Assembly: GCA_963728915.1 (NCBI GenBank)
Contig: CAVSLV010000004.1
Span: 1 to 64,000, forward strand
Length of the DNA: 64,000 bases
Direction: 5' to 3'
Origin: an uncultured Gemmatimonadales bacterium
GTDB taxonomy: Bacteria > Gemmatimonadota > Gemmatimonadetes > Gemmatimonadales > GWC2-71-9
Position 1 is the stretch's first letter; every line of letters starts with the position of its first letter. Shown one piece after another: positions 27,978 through 37,908 of this stretch. A model generated the notes under the pieces. That model was not told where the DNA came from. It saw only the letters and a list, made by a program, of their open reading frames with translations, and did no database searches. Position numbers and translations under genes: made by a program.

Positions 27978-29895
27978 GCTCACCAACCTGGTTGGCCGTG
28001 CGGCGCCTGGAGCGCTCGGCTGGCTCCTGACCTACGCGATCGACAGCACGCTGCTGCTGGCCCTGGCGTGGTTCCTTGCCGGCCGAAGCCGGAGCCATCG
28101 GGTCCGCGAGGCTCTCTGGAAAACCGCCGCAGTCGGCGGGTTCATCATCGCCACGCTGCAGACCGCGCTCTCGCTTCAGCCACTGGGTGGTCAGGTCGTC
28201 GTCGCGACCCGGACCGCCGTGGGTCCCGCAGCCGACGAGCTCGGGGTTCGGGGCAATGCCTCGCCCGAGGTGGCCTCGAATCCCGACCCGGTTGGGCCGT
28301 CTTCGGCGGACCGGGACGAATCGCGACAGCGCGGAAGTGCCGGGTCAGGTTTCACCCGGTTGACCTTCGGAGAGGGCGTCGTGCTCGGGTGGGGCGCCGT
28401 GGCCCTCGTCCTTCTCGTCGCCTACCTGGTCCGCCGCGCAATCTGGCAACGGCGCCTGGCGGCCCGGCGTCCGGTCATGACCCATCCGCTCGCTGAGCGA
28501 CTTCAGGCGCTTGCCCGGGAAGCGGGGATCACCCGGCCGATCCGGCTCACGGCGACTCCCATGCTGGCCAGCCCGATCGCCTTGGGCCGGAATGAGATCG
28601 CGGTGCCGGAAGCGGCGCTCACCGAGCTGGATCCGGACCAGCAGCGCGGCATGCTGGCCCACGAGCTGGCGCACCTCGAGCGGCGCGACCCCGCGTGGCT
28701 CACTGTGATCGGGGTGATCGAGCGGGTGGCGTTCTTCCAGCCGCTCAATCGGATCGCCCGGAAGCGATACCAGGAAAGCGCGGAGTATCTCTGCGACGAA
28801 TGGGCGGTGCAGCAGACCGGCGAGGAAGGCGGACATTCCCTCGCGAGCTGTCTCGCCAAGGTCGCCGAGTGGCTCGAAGCCGCCCCGGCGATTCCGGTGG
28901 CCGGCATGGCGGAGGAGCGTTCCCATCTGGTTGGCCGGGTCAGGCGGCTCCTCGAAGGGGCGCCATTCTCCCATGGGCCGGATCGCCGAACCGTGCTGAT
29001 GGGCGGGGGCCTCGCGGTGGCGCTCGCGGTCATGGCGGTTCCATCCGTTTCGACGGCGCCCCAGCCGACCCAGGGGTCGACGCTGCAACCCGATTCGCAG
29101 CACGGGACCGAGGAAAGCGCCAAGGACATGACCCGCGAGCAGCAGGACTCGGTGCGCGCGGTGGTACGGGCGTTGATGGTGGCCGCGAAGGACCCTGAGG
29201 TCGAGGTGCGTCGCGCCGCGCTCCAGTCGCTGTCCCGCTACGAGGACCGTTCCACTATCCCGGTGTTCCGCGAAGCCCTGCGCGACGAGGACCCCGAGGT
29301 CCGGAGCACCGCGATCGAGGCCCTGGCCGACTTCAAGGATCGTTCCTCGGTCGGCGACATCGCGGCCATGCTGAGTGATGAGAACGTCGAGATCCGGCGC
29401 TCGGCTGCGGAAGCTCTCCGGGAGCTGCCGGCCCGCGGGGTGGTGGACCGGCTGGTGGCCGCGCTCAAGGATTCCGACGCCGAAGTTCGCAAGAGCGCGA
29501 TCGAGGCCCTGGAGAACACCAAGGACGCTTCGGTCGAAGGGCCGCTGGTCCTGGCGCTCAAGGACCCCAAGCCCGAGGTCCGGGCCCGGGCGATCTCGGC
29601 GCTGCACGAGCTGGACCTGCCTAACCCGCCAAACGGGATCCTCGAGCTGCTCAAGGACCCGAACGCCGAGGTGCGCCACGAGGCGGCCGACGCGGTCGCC
29701 CATTACAAGGACGTCCGGGCCGTGCCCACCCTTCGCCTCATGCTGGAAGATCCCGACGGCGATGTCCGGGAAGCCGCGGTCGACGCGCTCTCGGAGATTC
29801 GCAACGAAGAGGCGCTCAGCGCCCTGATGGGGGCGCTCAAATCCAAGGATCCCAAGGTGCGCCGGGCGGCGGCCGAGGCGCTGGGGCAGAAATGA
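27967..29895 (+). CDS. M56 (BlaR1-like) membrane metallopeptidase with C-terminal HEAT repeats
   Basis: LAHELAHLERRD, FFQPL, EYLCDEWAV, then about eight L.D.D.EVR..A..AL repeats. Confidence 0.92.
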   Translation: MLPELTNLVGRAAPGALGWLLTYAIDSTLLLALAWFLAGRSRSHRVREALWKTAAVGGFIIATLQTALSLQPLGGQVVVATRTAVGPAADELGVRGNASPEVASNPDPVGPSSADRDESRQRGSAGSGFTRLTFGEGVVLGWGAVALVLLVAYLVRRAIWQRRLAARRPVMTHPLAERLQALAREAGITRPIRLTATPMLASPIALGRNEIAVPEAALTELDPDQQRGMLAHELAHLERRDPAWLTVIGVIERVAFFQPLNRIARKRYQESAEYLCDEWAVQQTGEEGGHSLASCLAKVAEWLEAAPAIPVAGMAEERSHLVGRVRRLLEGAPFSHGPDRRTVLMGGGLAVALAVMAVPSVSTAPQPTQGSTLQPDSQHGTEESAKDMTREQQDSVRAVVRALMVAAKDPEVEVRRAALQSLSRYEDRSTIPVFREALRDEDPEVRSTAIEALADFKDRSSVGDIAAMLSDENVEIRRSAAEALRELPARGVVDRLVAALKDSDAEVRKSAIEALENTKDASVEGPLVLALKDPKPEVRARAISALHELDLPNPPNGILELLKDPNAEVRHEAADAVAHYKDVRAVPTLRLMLEDPDGDVREAAVDALSEIRNEEALSALMGALKSKDPKVRRAAAEALGQK

Positions 29896-30950
29896 TGCGC
29901 GGGGCCTCTCTCCTCGTGAGCGCGGTCGTCGCGCTGGGCATGAGCGGGTCGGCCGGATCCGCGGTGGTCCTGCATTCCGACCGGGACCGGAGTGCGGGTC
30001 CCGACAGCGCGCGGGTGGAAGCATTGCTCGGCGCCCTGCATGCCGCCGATCCGATGGTGTGTGAGATGGTGGTCGATCAGGTGGGCAATTTCTGGAACTC
30101 GAGCGGTGCGTTCCGGCTGGGTCTGCTCGGGGATGGCTCGCGGAGCTGGGAGTCGGCGCGGGACTCTCTCTATGGCCGCGTGACCAATCCGGCGGCGATC
30201 CGCCGGCTGGCCCGGGGGCTCGATGATCCCAACCCCTGTACCCGGCGGGTTTCGGCCAAGCTGCTGGGCCGCGGCCTTCCCGGGACGCTTCCCATTATCC
30301 GGGAGTCGCTGCGCAGCACCTCGGAGCGGATCCGGGAAGCGGCCGCGCTCGCTGCCGGGCAGGATGATACCGTCGCGCTGGGTGACGACCTGATCCGGGC
30401 CACCCGCGACCCGAGCGTCACGGTGGTCGCCATGGCGACCTGGGCCCTGGGGGAGCGGGAGCGCCCCGAGTACATCGGGCGGCTGGGGGAGCTGGCGCAT
30501 CATGATGATCCCCGGGTCCGGCGGGCCGCGGCGAACTCGCTGGGGCGGATCGATCACGTGCCGGCCCGGCTGGTGCCGGTGCTGCTGCCGCTGCTCAAGG
30601 ATTCCGATGCCGGGGTGCGGTACTTCGCGGCCCACGGGTTAGGAAACCAGGAAGACCCGCAGGCGGCCCCGGACCTGGCCCAGCTCCTGAACGATCCCGA
30701 CCGGCAGGTGCGGTATGCCGCGGCCGAGGCGCTCAGCGATCTCGATGATCTGGAACAGGCGCCGCCGGGCGTGGTCGCGGAGCTGGGGCGCGCCCTGGGG
30801 GATCCGGATTGGGAGTTCCGCCGCGCGATCGTCGAGGCGATGGCGCACATTCCGGGCGACCTGGTGACGCCGCACCTGATCCGCGCCCTCAAGGATGCTC
30901 ACCCGGAAGTGCGCAAGGCGGCCGCCGAAGCCCTGGGCCATCGGAGGTAG
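29892..30950 (+). CDS. Secreted HEAT-repeat protein
   Basis: Signal peptide, repeated L.D.D..VR..AA.ALG; ATGA overlap with the upstream gene. Confidence 0.88.
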   Translation: MMRGASLLVSAVVALGMSGSAGSAVVLHSDRDRSAGPDSARVEALLGALHAADPMVCEMVVDQVGNFWNSSGAFRLGLLGDGSRSWESARDSLYGRVTNPAAIRRLARGLDDPNPCTRRVSAKLLGRGLPGTLPIIRESLRSTSERIREAAALAAGQDDTVALGDDLIRATRDPSVTVVAMATWALGERERPEYIGRLGELAHHDDPRVRRAAANSLGRIDHVPARLVPVLLPLLKDSDAGVRYFAAHGLGNQEDPQAAPDLAQLLNDPDRQVRYAAAEALSDLDDLEQAPPGVVAELGRALGDPDWEFRRAIVEAMAHIPGDLVTPHLIRALKDAHPEVRKAAAEALGHRR

Positions 30951-30964
30951 CCGGGCGCCGCGGG

Positions 30965-32641
30965 TTACCAGCCCGCGGCCATCCCGTCCTTGCGGGGGTC
31001 GCTCCCCGCCGCCCAGCCCCGTACCAGCCGCATGATCGCCTGGGAGCCGCCCGCCGAGCCGGGCGGCAGCAGCACGACGTGATGGCCGAGCCGGGTTAGG
31101 TCGGCCCGCACGCTGTCGCCGATCGGCGCCTCGAGCCCCACTTCGAGCCCGGCAAAGTGCCGGAACCGCGCCGCATCGATCGCTTCCTGGAGATCCATCC
31201 CGAAGACCAGCAGGTTGAGCAGGACCTGGACGTGGCCCTGGGGCTGGATCGCGCCTCCCATCACTCCGAACGACAGCCAGGGCTCCTCGCCCTGCGGCCC
31301 CGGCCTGGTCACGAACGCCGGGATGATGGTATGGAACGGGCGTTTGTTCGGCCCAACCGTGTTCGGCAATCCTTCCTGGAGGGTGAATCCGGCTCCCCGG
31401 TCCTGGAGCGCAAAGCCGGTCCCGGGGACGACGACGCCGGAGCCGAACGCCTCATAGAGCGAATTGATGAACGAGACCATGTTGCCCGCCGAATCCGCCG
31501 CGGTGAGATAGATGGTCTCGCTCGCGGTCAGCGCCTTGCCGGGCTCCATCCGCTCCGCGGCGTGTCCGGTATCGATCAGGGCCCGGCGCTGGGCAATGAA
31601 GTCGTCGTCCAGCAGCCGCTCGGCCCGGACATGGGCGGCCCGCATCGCGTCGGGGTCGCCCACCCAGCGGGCCAGGTCGGCGTAGGCGAGCTTCTTGGCT
31701 TCGATCAGGAGATGCAGGTAGGCCGCCGAATTGTGGCCCAGGGCCTTGAGATCGTAGGGCTCCAGGATCCTGAGCATCTCGAGCGCGGCGACCCCCTGGT
31801 TGGCGGGGGGCAGCTCCCACACGGTATGGCCCTTGAAGGTCGCGGAGATCGGGGTGACCCATTCGACCTTCTGCCGGGCGAAGTCCTCGGGGGTGAGGAA
31901 GCCCCCCATGGCGCGCACCGCGTCCGCGATCTCCTTCCCTAACCCGCCGCCGTAGAGCGCGCCCGGCCCCTCTTTGGCGATCCGCCGGAACGTCCTGGCC
32001 AGATCGGGGTTCCGGAACCACTCGCCCGCGTGAGGGGCCCGCTTCCCCTCGATCAGGTAGGTCGCCCGGGCGCCGGGATCCTTCGCCAGCCGCTCGGTTT
32101 CGTCGGCCCATTGTCCCGCGATGATCGGGGTGACCGGGAATCCCTCTTCGGCGATCCGGATCGCGGGCGCCAGGGCTTCAGCCAGGGAGATGGTGCCGTA
32201 CTTCTCGAGCAGGGCGGCCCATCCGGAGAGCGCGCCGGGAACGGTGATCGGCTCCGGGCCGAACACCGGCATGCGATCATGGCCCCGCTTCACCAGCGCC
32301 TCGCGGGTCATCAGGGACCCGGAGCGTCCGCTGCCATTGAGGCCGACGAGCTTGTGCTCCCGGGCGGACCAGAACAGGGCGAACATGTCGCCCCCGATCC
32401 CGGTCATGTGCGGCTCGACCACGTTGAGGACCGCGGCCGCGGTCACCGCCGCGTCAATGGCGTTGCCGCCCCGCTGGAGCACGGCGAGCCCCGCCGAAGT
32501 GGCGAGGGGCTGACTCGTGGCAATGACTCCGCGGGGAGCGTAGACGGTGGATCGACCGGCCATACTGGGGGCTCTCTGGGCGACGAGGGTGGTGGAGCTT
32601 GCGGTCGCGAGGACCAGGAGCAACGGGAGATGCGGTTTCAT
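30965..32641 (-). CDS. ggt: Gamma-glutamyltransferase
   Basis: GGNAIDAAV, GIGGDMF, ET(nucleophile)IYL, KRPFHTIIP, GVMGG, GSDPRKDG. Confidence 0.95.
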   Translation of the reverse strand: MKPHLPLLLVLATASSTTLVAQRAPSMAGRSTVYAPRGVIATSQPLATSAGLAVLQRGGNAIDAAVTAAAVLNVVEPHMTGIGGDMFALFWSAREHKLVGLNGSGRSGSLMTREALVKRGHDRMPVFGPEPITVPGALSGWAALLEKYGTISLAEALAPAIRIAEEGFPVTPIIAGQWADETERLAKDPGARATYLIEGKRAPHAGEWFRNPDLARTFRRIAKEGPGALYGGGLGKEIADAVRAMGGFLTPEDFARQKVEWVTPISATFKGHTVWELPPANQGVAALEMLRILEPYDLKALGHNSAAYLHLLIEAKKLAYADLARWVGDPDAMRAAHVRAERLLDDDFIAQRRALIDTGHAAERMEPGKALTASETIYLTAADSAGNMVSFINSLYEAFGSGVVVPGTGFALQDRGAGFTLQEGLPNTVGPNKRPFHTIIPAFVTRPGPQGEEPWLSFGVMGGAIQPQGHVQVLLNLLVFGMDLQEAIDAARFRHFAGLEVGLEAPIGDSVRADLTRLGHHVVLLPPGSAGGSQAIMRLVRGWAAGSDPRKDGMAAGW

Positions 32642-32754
32642 TCCGAGAAGATCGCCCTTCCTATGTGGGGACGCCAGCGGTAACCTCCCGAAGTGCCCGG
32701 ACGCCGGCGGAACCATCCGGCGAATCCGGATCCCCTGAGCTGGAGGTACTGAGA

Positions 32755-34137
32755 GTGGCCACGCGACTGTACCCTCTCGCCATGCTGGCCATGCTGCCGA
32801 CTCTGGCCATCCACTCCGCGCTCGCCCAGGCGCCGAGCGACAGCACGCTCCAGGCGATCCTCACCCGGAGGGCGGCGAGCTGGAAAGGCCCCGGCATCGT
32901 GGTGGGGGTGAGCGAGCACGGCCAGCGCCGCTACGTGGCGTACGGGAACCGGGCGGCGGGCGGTCTCCCGCTCGATGAGCGGACCGAATTCGAGATCGGG
33001 TCGATCACCAAGGTGTATACCAGTCTGCTGCTCGCCAACGAAGTGACGCGCGGGGAGGTTCGTCTCGAGCAGCCGATCGGCTCTCTCCTGCCGCCCGGGG
33101 TGCGGGCGCCGGAGCACGATGGGAAGCCGATCACTCTGCTTGACCTCTCGACTCACCGATCCGGGCTTCCCCGGATGCCGGACAATTTCAGCCCGGCCGA
33201 CGCCGAGAATCCCTACGCCGATTACGGCACCGATCGACTCTACGCCTTTCTGTCGGGCTATTCGCTGACCCGGGATCCTGGCGCCCAGTACGAGTACTCG
33301 AACTTCGGGGCGGGGCTGCTTGGGACCCTGCTGGCGCGGAAGGCCGGGCTGAGCTATCCGGACGCCCTAACCCGCCGTATTCTTGAGCCCCTGGGTCTCC
33401 CGGAGACCCGGACCCGGCTCGGCCCGGAGCAGGCCGCCCGCCTGGCCACCGGGCACACCGAAGCCCTTGCGCCCACCCACGGATGGGATTTCGAGGCGCT
33501 GGGGCCCGCCGGCGCGCTCCGTTCCACCGCGCGGGACATGCTGCACTTTCTCGAGGAGAACCTGGCCCCCGACCAGTCCCCGCTGGCGCGGGAGCTTCGG
33601 CTCGCCTCGGAACCCCGGCGGGAGACCACGATCCCCAACACCCGGATCGGCCTGGGCTGGCATTTCCTGGAGCGAAACGGACGCTCGATCGTCTGGCACA
33701 ACGGCGGGACCGGCGGGTTCCATTCCTTCATCGGGTTCGAGCGCGATTCGGGACGGGCGGTGGTGGTGCTCGCGAATGCGTCGCGGGACATCGACGACAT
33801 CGGGATGCACGTGCTGGATCCGTCGATTCCGCTGCGGGAGCCGCAGCCGGTCTCCGCCCATACCGAGATCACCGTCGATCCGGCGACCCTCGACCGGTTC
33901 GTGGGAGAGTATCAGCTTGCCCCGACGTTCTCGATCACCATCACCAGGGAGAACGGCGGGCTCTGGGCCCAGGCCACCGGGCAACAGAAACTCCCGATCT
34001 TTCCGGAAGCGCCGGAGCGATTCTTCTACAAGGTGGTGGACGCCCAGCTCGTGTTCAGCCTGGATCCGAGCGGCAAGGTCACCGGGCTCACCCTGCATCA
34101 GAACGGCAACGCGGTCCCGGGCGCCAAGATCCGATAG
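32755..34137 (+). CDS. Secreted serine hydrolase (beta-lactamase fold) with DUF3471
   Basis: GGAGG RBS before GTG; FEIGSITK, THRSGL, YSN, WHNGGTGG. Confidence 0.9.
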   Translation: MATRLYPLAMLAMLPTLAIHSALAQAPSDSTLQAILTRRAASWKGPGIVVGVSEHGQRRYVAYGNRAAGGLPLDERTEFEIGSITKVYTSLLLANEVTRGEVRLEQPIGSLLPPGVRAPEHDGKPITLLDLSTHRSGLPRMPDNFSPADAENPYADYGTDRLYAFLSGYSLTRDPGAQYEYSNFGAGLLGTLLARKAGLSYPDALTRRILEPLGLPETRTRLGPEQAARLATGHTEALAPTHGWDFEALGPAGALRSTARDMLHFLEENLAPDQSPLARELRLASEPRRETTIPNTRIGLGWHFLERNGRSIVWHNGGTGGFHSFIGFERDSGRAVVVLANASRDIDDIGMHVLDPSIPLREPQPVSAHTEITVDPATLDRFVGEYQLAPTFSITITRENGGLWAQATGQQKLPIFPEAPERFFYKVVDAQLVFSLDPSGKVTGLTLHQNGNAVPGAKIR

Positions 34138-34201
34138 CGCCCGCTGGCGGGATTTCCGGGGGCACCGTAGCTTGGGGCTCTCTTCTTCAGGCCATTCCGA
34201 T

Positions 34202-36130
34202 ATGCGCTTCCCGTCCCGCCTGGGGGCCGCCTCCCTGGCAGCTCTTCTGGTCGCTGCCTGCGGTTCCGGCTCTTCCTCCTCGGCGGTTCTACCGAACGAC
34301 AACACCCACCCGGCGGGAACCCTGCATAACGGTGTCCTCACGATCGCACTGGAAACCCGCCAGGGCGACTGGCAGCCGGAAGGGCTCGGGGGACGGAAGC
34401 TGGACAGCGTGGCGGCGTTCGCCGAAGTGGGCCAGCCGATGTCCACGCCCGGCCCGCTGCTCCGGGTTCCGGTGGGGACCCGGATCACCGGCACCCTGCA
34501 TAACACGCTTTCCCGGGCGCTGACCATCTTCGGCCTGGGCCAGAGCCGGGGCATGGCGGACAGCATGGTGGTGGCGCCCGGCGCGACCGCGCCGATCGAC
34601 TTCGTCGCCAACGCTCCGGGCACCTACTACTACGCGGCCCGGAGCCGCCTGGACGAGTTCGGGTTCCGGCTCGCCGAAGACAGCCAGCTGGGCGGGGCGA
34701 TCGTGGTGGACGGAGCCAGCCCGGCGCCCGATCGGGTCTTCGTGATCAGCTGGTATTTCACCATCGATCCCAAGGGCCCCACCGGCCTGGGCCATGGGAC
34801 CATGACGATCAACGGACTGTCGTGGCCCCATACCGAGCGGTTGACCTACGCCCAGGGCGACTCGATCCACTGGCGGGTCGTGAACCTCACCGAGGCGGAT
34901 CACCCGATGCACCTCCATGGGTTCTATTTCCGGATGGAAGCCCACGGGACCGGCACGGTGGACACCCTCTATCCGGCGGCCGATCGTCGCATGGCGGTCA
35001 CCGAGATCATGCAGCCGTTTCAGACCGCCCAGCTGTCCTGGTTCGCGGATCGCCCCGGCAACTGGATCTATCACTGTCACTACGCCACCCATTTGTCGGA
35101 GCTGGTCGCGCTGGACACCGAAGAAGGCGTGATGGACAGCAGCCAAATGGCCCATCACGGCTCCGATCGTCCCCACCAGATGTTCGGGCTCGTGCTGGGG
35201 ATTTCCATCGCCCCGAAGGGCGTCCAGGCCACCGCGCCGCCGCCGGACCGGATCATCCGGCTGGTCCAGCGCGAAAAGCCGGGTGTGTACGGACAACAGG
35301 CCGGCATGGCCTACGTGATCGACGGCACGCCGGCCGCAACCGATCCGAACGCGCTTCCGGTTCCCGGTCCCGCCCTGATCCTGGAGCGGGGCAAACGGGT
35401 CCAGGTCAACATTGTCAATCAATCCGCCGAGCACGCCGCGGTGCACTGGCATGGGGTCGAGCTGGAGAGCTACCCCGACGGCGTCCCGGGCTGGAGCGGC
35501 TCCAGTGGAAACATCCTCCCCTCGATCAACCCGGGGGATTCCCTCACGGTCGCCTGGACTCCGCCCCGCGCCGGATCGTTCATGTATCACACCCATTTTT
35601 CCGAGGCGAGGCAGACCGGCTCCGGACTCTACGGACCGATCATCGTGCTGCCGCCGGGAGAGAAATACGATCCGGAAACCGATCGGGTGCTGTTCTTCGG
35701 GACGGCAGGCACGGGGAGAAATGTGCTGGTTGGACCGTTTCCCAACTACATGATGAACGGGAGCACCGCGCCTCCCCCGATGGAGCTCAAGGCGGGCACC
35801 CGCTACCGGTTCCGGCTGTTCAACCTGGCGGGAGATTTCCCGACGCTCGTGTCCCTGAACCAGGGCGCCAAGCCGGTGATGTGGCGGGCGGTCGCCAAGG
35901 ACGGCTATCCGCTTCCCGACAACCAGGCGACTTCGCGGCCGGCGGTGCTGCTGTTCGATCCCGGTGAGATCTACGACTTCGAGTTCACACCGACCAGGAA
36001 AGGCGAGCTGACGCTGTCCTTCGGGCTGCCACCGTTTCCGCCGCCGCCGCCGCCACCCCCCGGCGCGCCCGCTCCGCCTCCCCCTCCACCGCTCCCTCCG
36101 ACCGTGGCGGTGCCGGTGCACGTGCGCTGA
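34202..36130 (+). CDS. Lipoprotein multicopper oxidase, four cupredoxin domains, permuted motif order
   Basis: Lipobox VAAC; HPMHLHG and HCHYATH come before VHWHG and MYHTH; poly-Pro tail. Confidence 0.88.
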   Translation: MRFPSRLGAASLAALLVAACGSGSSSSAVLPNDNTHPAGTLHNGVLTIALETRQGDWQPEGLGGRKLDSVAAFAEVGQPMSTPGPLLRVPVGTRITGTLHNTLSRALTIFGLGQSRGMADSMVVAPGATAPIDFVANAPGTYYYAARSRLDEFGFRLAEDSQLGGAIVVDGASPAPDRVFVISWYFTIDPKGPTGLGHGTMTINGLSWPHTERLTYAQGDSIHWRVVNLTEADHPMHLHGFYFRMEAHGTGTVDTLYPAADRRMAVTEIMQPFQTAQLSWFADRPGNWIYHCHYATHLSELVALDTEEGVMDSSQMAHHGSDRPHQMFGLVLGISIAPKGVQATAPPPDRIIRLVQREKPGVYGQQAGMAYVIDGTPAATDPNALPVPGPALILERGKRVQVNIVNQSAEHAAVHWHGVELESYPDGVPGWSGSSGNILPSINPGDSLTVAWTPPRAGSFMYHTHFSEARQTGSGLYGPIIVLPPGEKYDPETDRVLFFGTAGTGRNVLVGPFPNYMMNGSTAPPPMELKAGTRYRFRLFNLAGDFPTLVSLNQGAKPVMWRAVAKDGYPLPDNQATSRPAVLLFDPGEIYDFEFTPTRKGELTLSFGLPPFPPPPPPPPGAPAPPPPPPLPPTVAVPVHVR

Positions 36131-36147
36131 GCGGCGACTCCCGGTCG

Positions 36148-36546
36148 TCAGCGGTGGCGCAGGGTGACCAGAATCGCTCCGCCGCTGTGGGTAATGCCGT
36201 ATTGATCCTGCGCCCGGCTCGGCTCGAGATAGCGAATCTCCTCGACCTCTTCGGGCTTGATGGTCTTGAGTTCATCGAGCCCGGAGCGGTGGGAGTCATT
36301 GACGTAGAGCTGCACCGGGGCCGGCGGTCCGTTGACCATCGAGCGTACCCCTCGGGGCCCTCTGAAGAACTGGGGGCGCAGAACCCGGATGATCTGGATG
36401 AGGTCCAGGTCTTTCATGGCCGGCGCCATGATTTCCTCCTTGGTCAGCACATCGCGCTTCTGGGTCTGCGCCCCGAGTCTTGAAGCGGTCCCGCCCGCCA
36501 GGCCCCCCGCCAGGATCAGGAGGGCGCCGAGTCTCATGGTCCTCAT
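36148..36546 (-). CDS. Small secreted TonB-receptor plug-like protein without a barrel
   Basis: Signal peptide; VLTKEEI...LYVND...L.TI.PEEVEEIRYL....A...YG...GGAILVT. Confidence 0.75.
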   Translation of the reverse strand: MRTMRLGALLILAGGLAGGTASRLGAQTQKRDVLTKEEIMAPAMKDLDLIQIIRVLRPQFFRGPRGVRSMVNGPPAPVQLYVNDSHRSGLDELKTIKPEEVEEIRYLEPSRAQDQYGITHSGGAILVTLRHR

Positions 36547-36685
36547 CGTCTTCTTTTCTCCCGCTGCGATGTTCCAAGGGAGCCGTGACCACGGCGTCAC
36601 CCTTCCGATGGAGATATGATGAGCGGCGGCCCGAAACGGTTGCCCGCCGGTTGACCATTCCTCCCAATCCGGCCACCGTTCTGCC

Positions 36686-37849
36686 ATGACCACCGCTCGC
36701 CGCACCCACAGTTTCAGCGAATCCGTGATCCGGGGCATGACCCGGCTCGCCACCGAGCACGGCGCCATCAACCTGGCCCAGGGATTCCCGGATTTTCCGG
36801 CGCCCACCGTGCTCAAGGAGGCCGCGGCGGCGGCGATCCGGGCGGACCAGAACCAGTACGCGATTACCTGGGGGGCCAAGCGGCTCCGGGATGCCATCGC
36901 GCGGAAATACGCCGAGTGGTACGCCATGGAAGTCAATCCGGAGACCGAGCTCACGGTCACCTGCGGCGCGACGGAAGCGATGGCGGCGGTGCTGCTGGCC
37001 CTGGTCGATCCGGGCGATGAGGTCGTGGTGTTCGAGCCGTTCTACGAGAACTACGGCCCCGACGCGATCCTGTGCGACGCCAAGCCGGTGTTCGTGCCGC
37101 TTCTGCCGGGACAGCCGCTCGACCTGGACCGGCTCGGGGCGGCCTGCTCCAGCCGGACCCGGGCCATCGTGATCAACACGCCGGGCAATCCTTCGGGTCG
37201 CGTCCTAACCCGCGACGAGCTGGCCGGGATCGCCGCGCTGTGCCGGGAGCACGACGCCTGGGCGATCACCGACGAGATCTACGAGCACATCCTCTATGCC
37301 GGCGAGCACCTCCCCATCGCCACGCTGCCGGGGATGCGGGAGCGCACCATCACCATCTCGGGCGCGTCCAAGACCTTCAGCATCACCGGCTGGCGGATCG
37401 GCACCATCGTCGCCCCGGCGGCGATCACCGGCGCGATCCGCAAGGTGCACGACTTCCTGACCGTCGGCGCCCCGGCCCCGCTTCAGGAAGGGCTTGCGGT
37501 CACCATGGAGACGCTGGGCCCGGAGTTTTACCGGGGTCTCGCCGGGGAATACCGGGAACGTCGCGATGTGATCATGGAGGCGCTCACCGCGGCCGGCTTC
37601 CGCGCGGTGGCTCCCGAAGGGGCCTACTACGTGCTGGCCGATTTCTCCGATCTGTCCGACCTTCCCGCGCCGGAATTTGCCCGCTGGCTCACTATCGAGG
37701 GCGGGATCGCCACGGTTCCCGGCACCAGCTTCTTCAGTCGCCCCGAGGACGGGGTTCGGTTCACCCGGTTCGCCTTCTGCAAGACACTCGATCTCCTTCG
37801 CGCCGCGTCCCGCCGCCTCGCCGCTCTCCCTGAGCCCCAAGTGGGCTGA
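36686..37849 (+). CDS. Class I/II PLP aminotransferase (YbdL/kynurenine aminotransferase-like)
   Basis: AINLAQGFPDF, NTPGNPSG, DEIYEH, SKTFSITGWRIG, RFAFCK. Confidence 0.93.
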   Translation: MTTARRTHSFSESVIRGMTRLATEHGAINLAQGFPDFPAPTVLKEAAAAAIRADQNQYAITWGAKRLRDAIARKYAEWYAMEVNPETELTVTCGATEAMAAVLLALVDPGDEVVVFEPFYENYGPDAILCDAKPVFVPLLPGQPLDLDRLGAACSSRTRAIVINTPGNPSGRVLTRDELAGIAALCREHDAWAITDEIYEHILYAGEHLPIATLPGMRERTITISGASKTFSITGWRIGTIVAPAAITGAIRKVHDFLTVGAPAPLQEGLAVTMETLGPEFYRGLAGEYRERRDVIMEALTAAGFRAVAPEGAYYVLADFSDLSDLPAPEFARWLTIEGGIATVPGTSFFSRPEDGVRFTRFAFCKTLDLLRAASRRLAALPEPQVG

Positions 37850-37908
37850 GCCGCGGCGTCCGCGGGAACTTCTCCGGATGCCCCGGCCGGGCTAATGTTC
37901 CCGCCCCG

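Noticed and set aside
8843..34137. Serine hydrolases and the MBL-fold protein as antibiotic resistance genes under BlaI control
   Set aside because: They are broad-family hydrolases, and I saw no BlaI box upstream of them.
36027..36100. CCG-rich tract as a regulatory microsatellite
   Set aside because: It encodes the in-frame poly-Pro segment of the multicopper oxidase with mixed codons.
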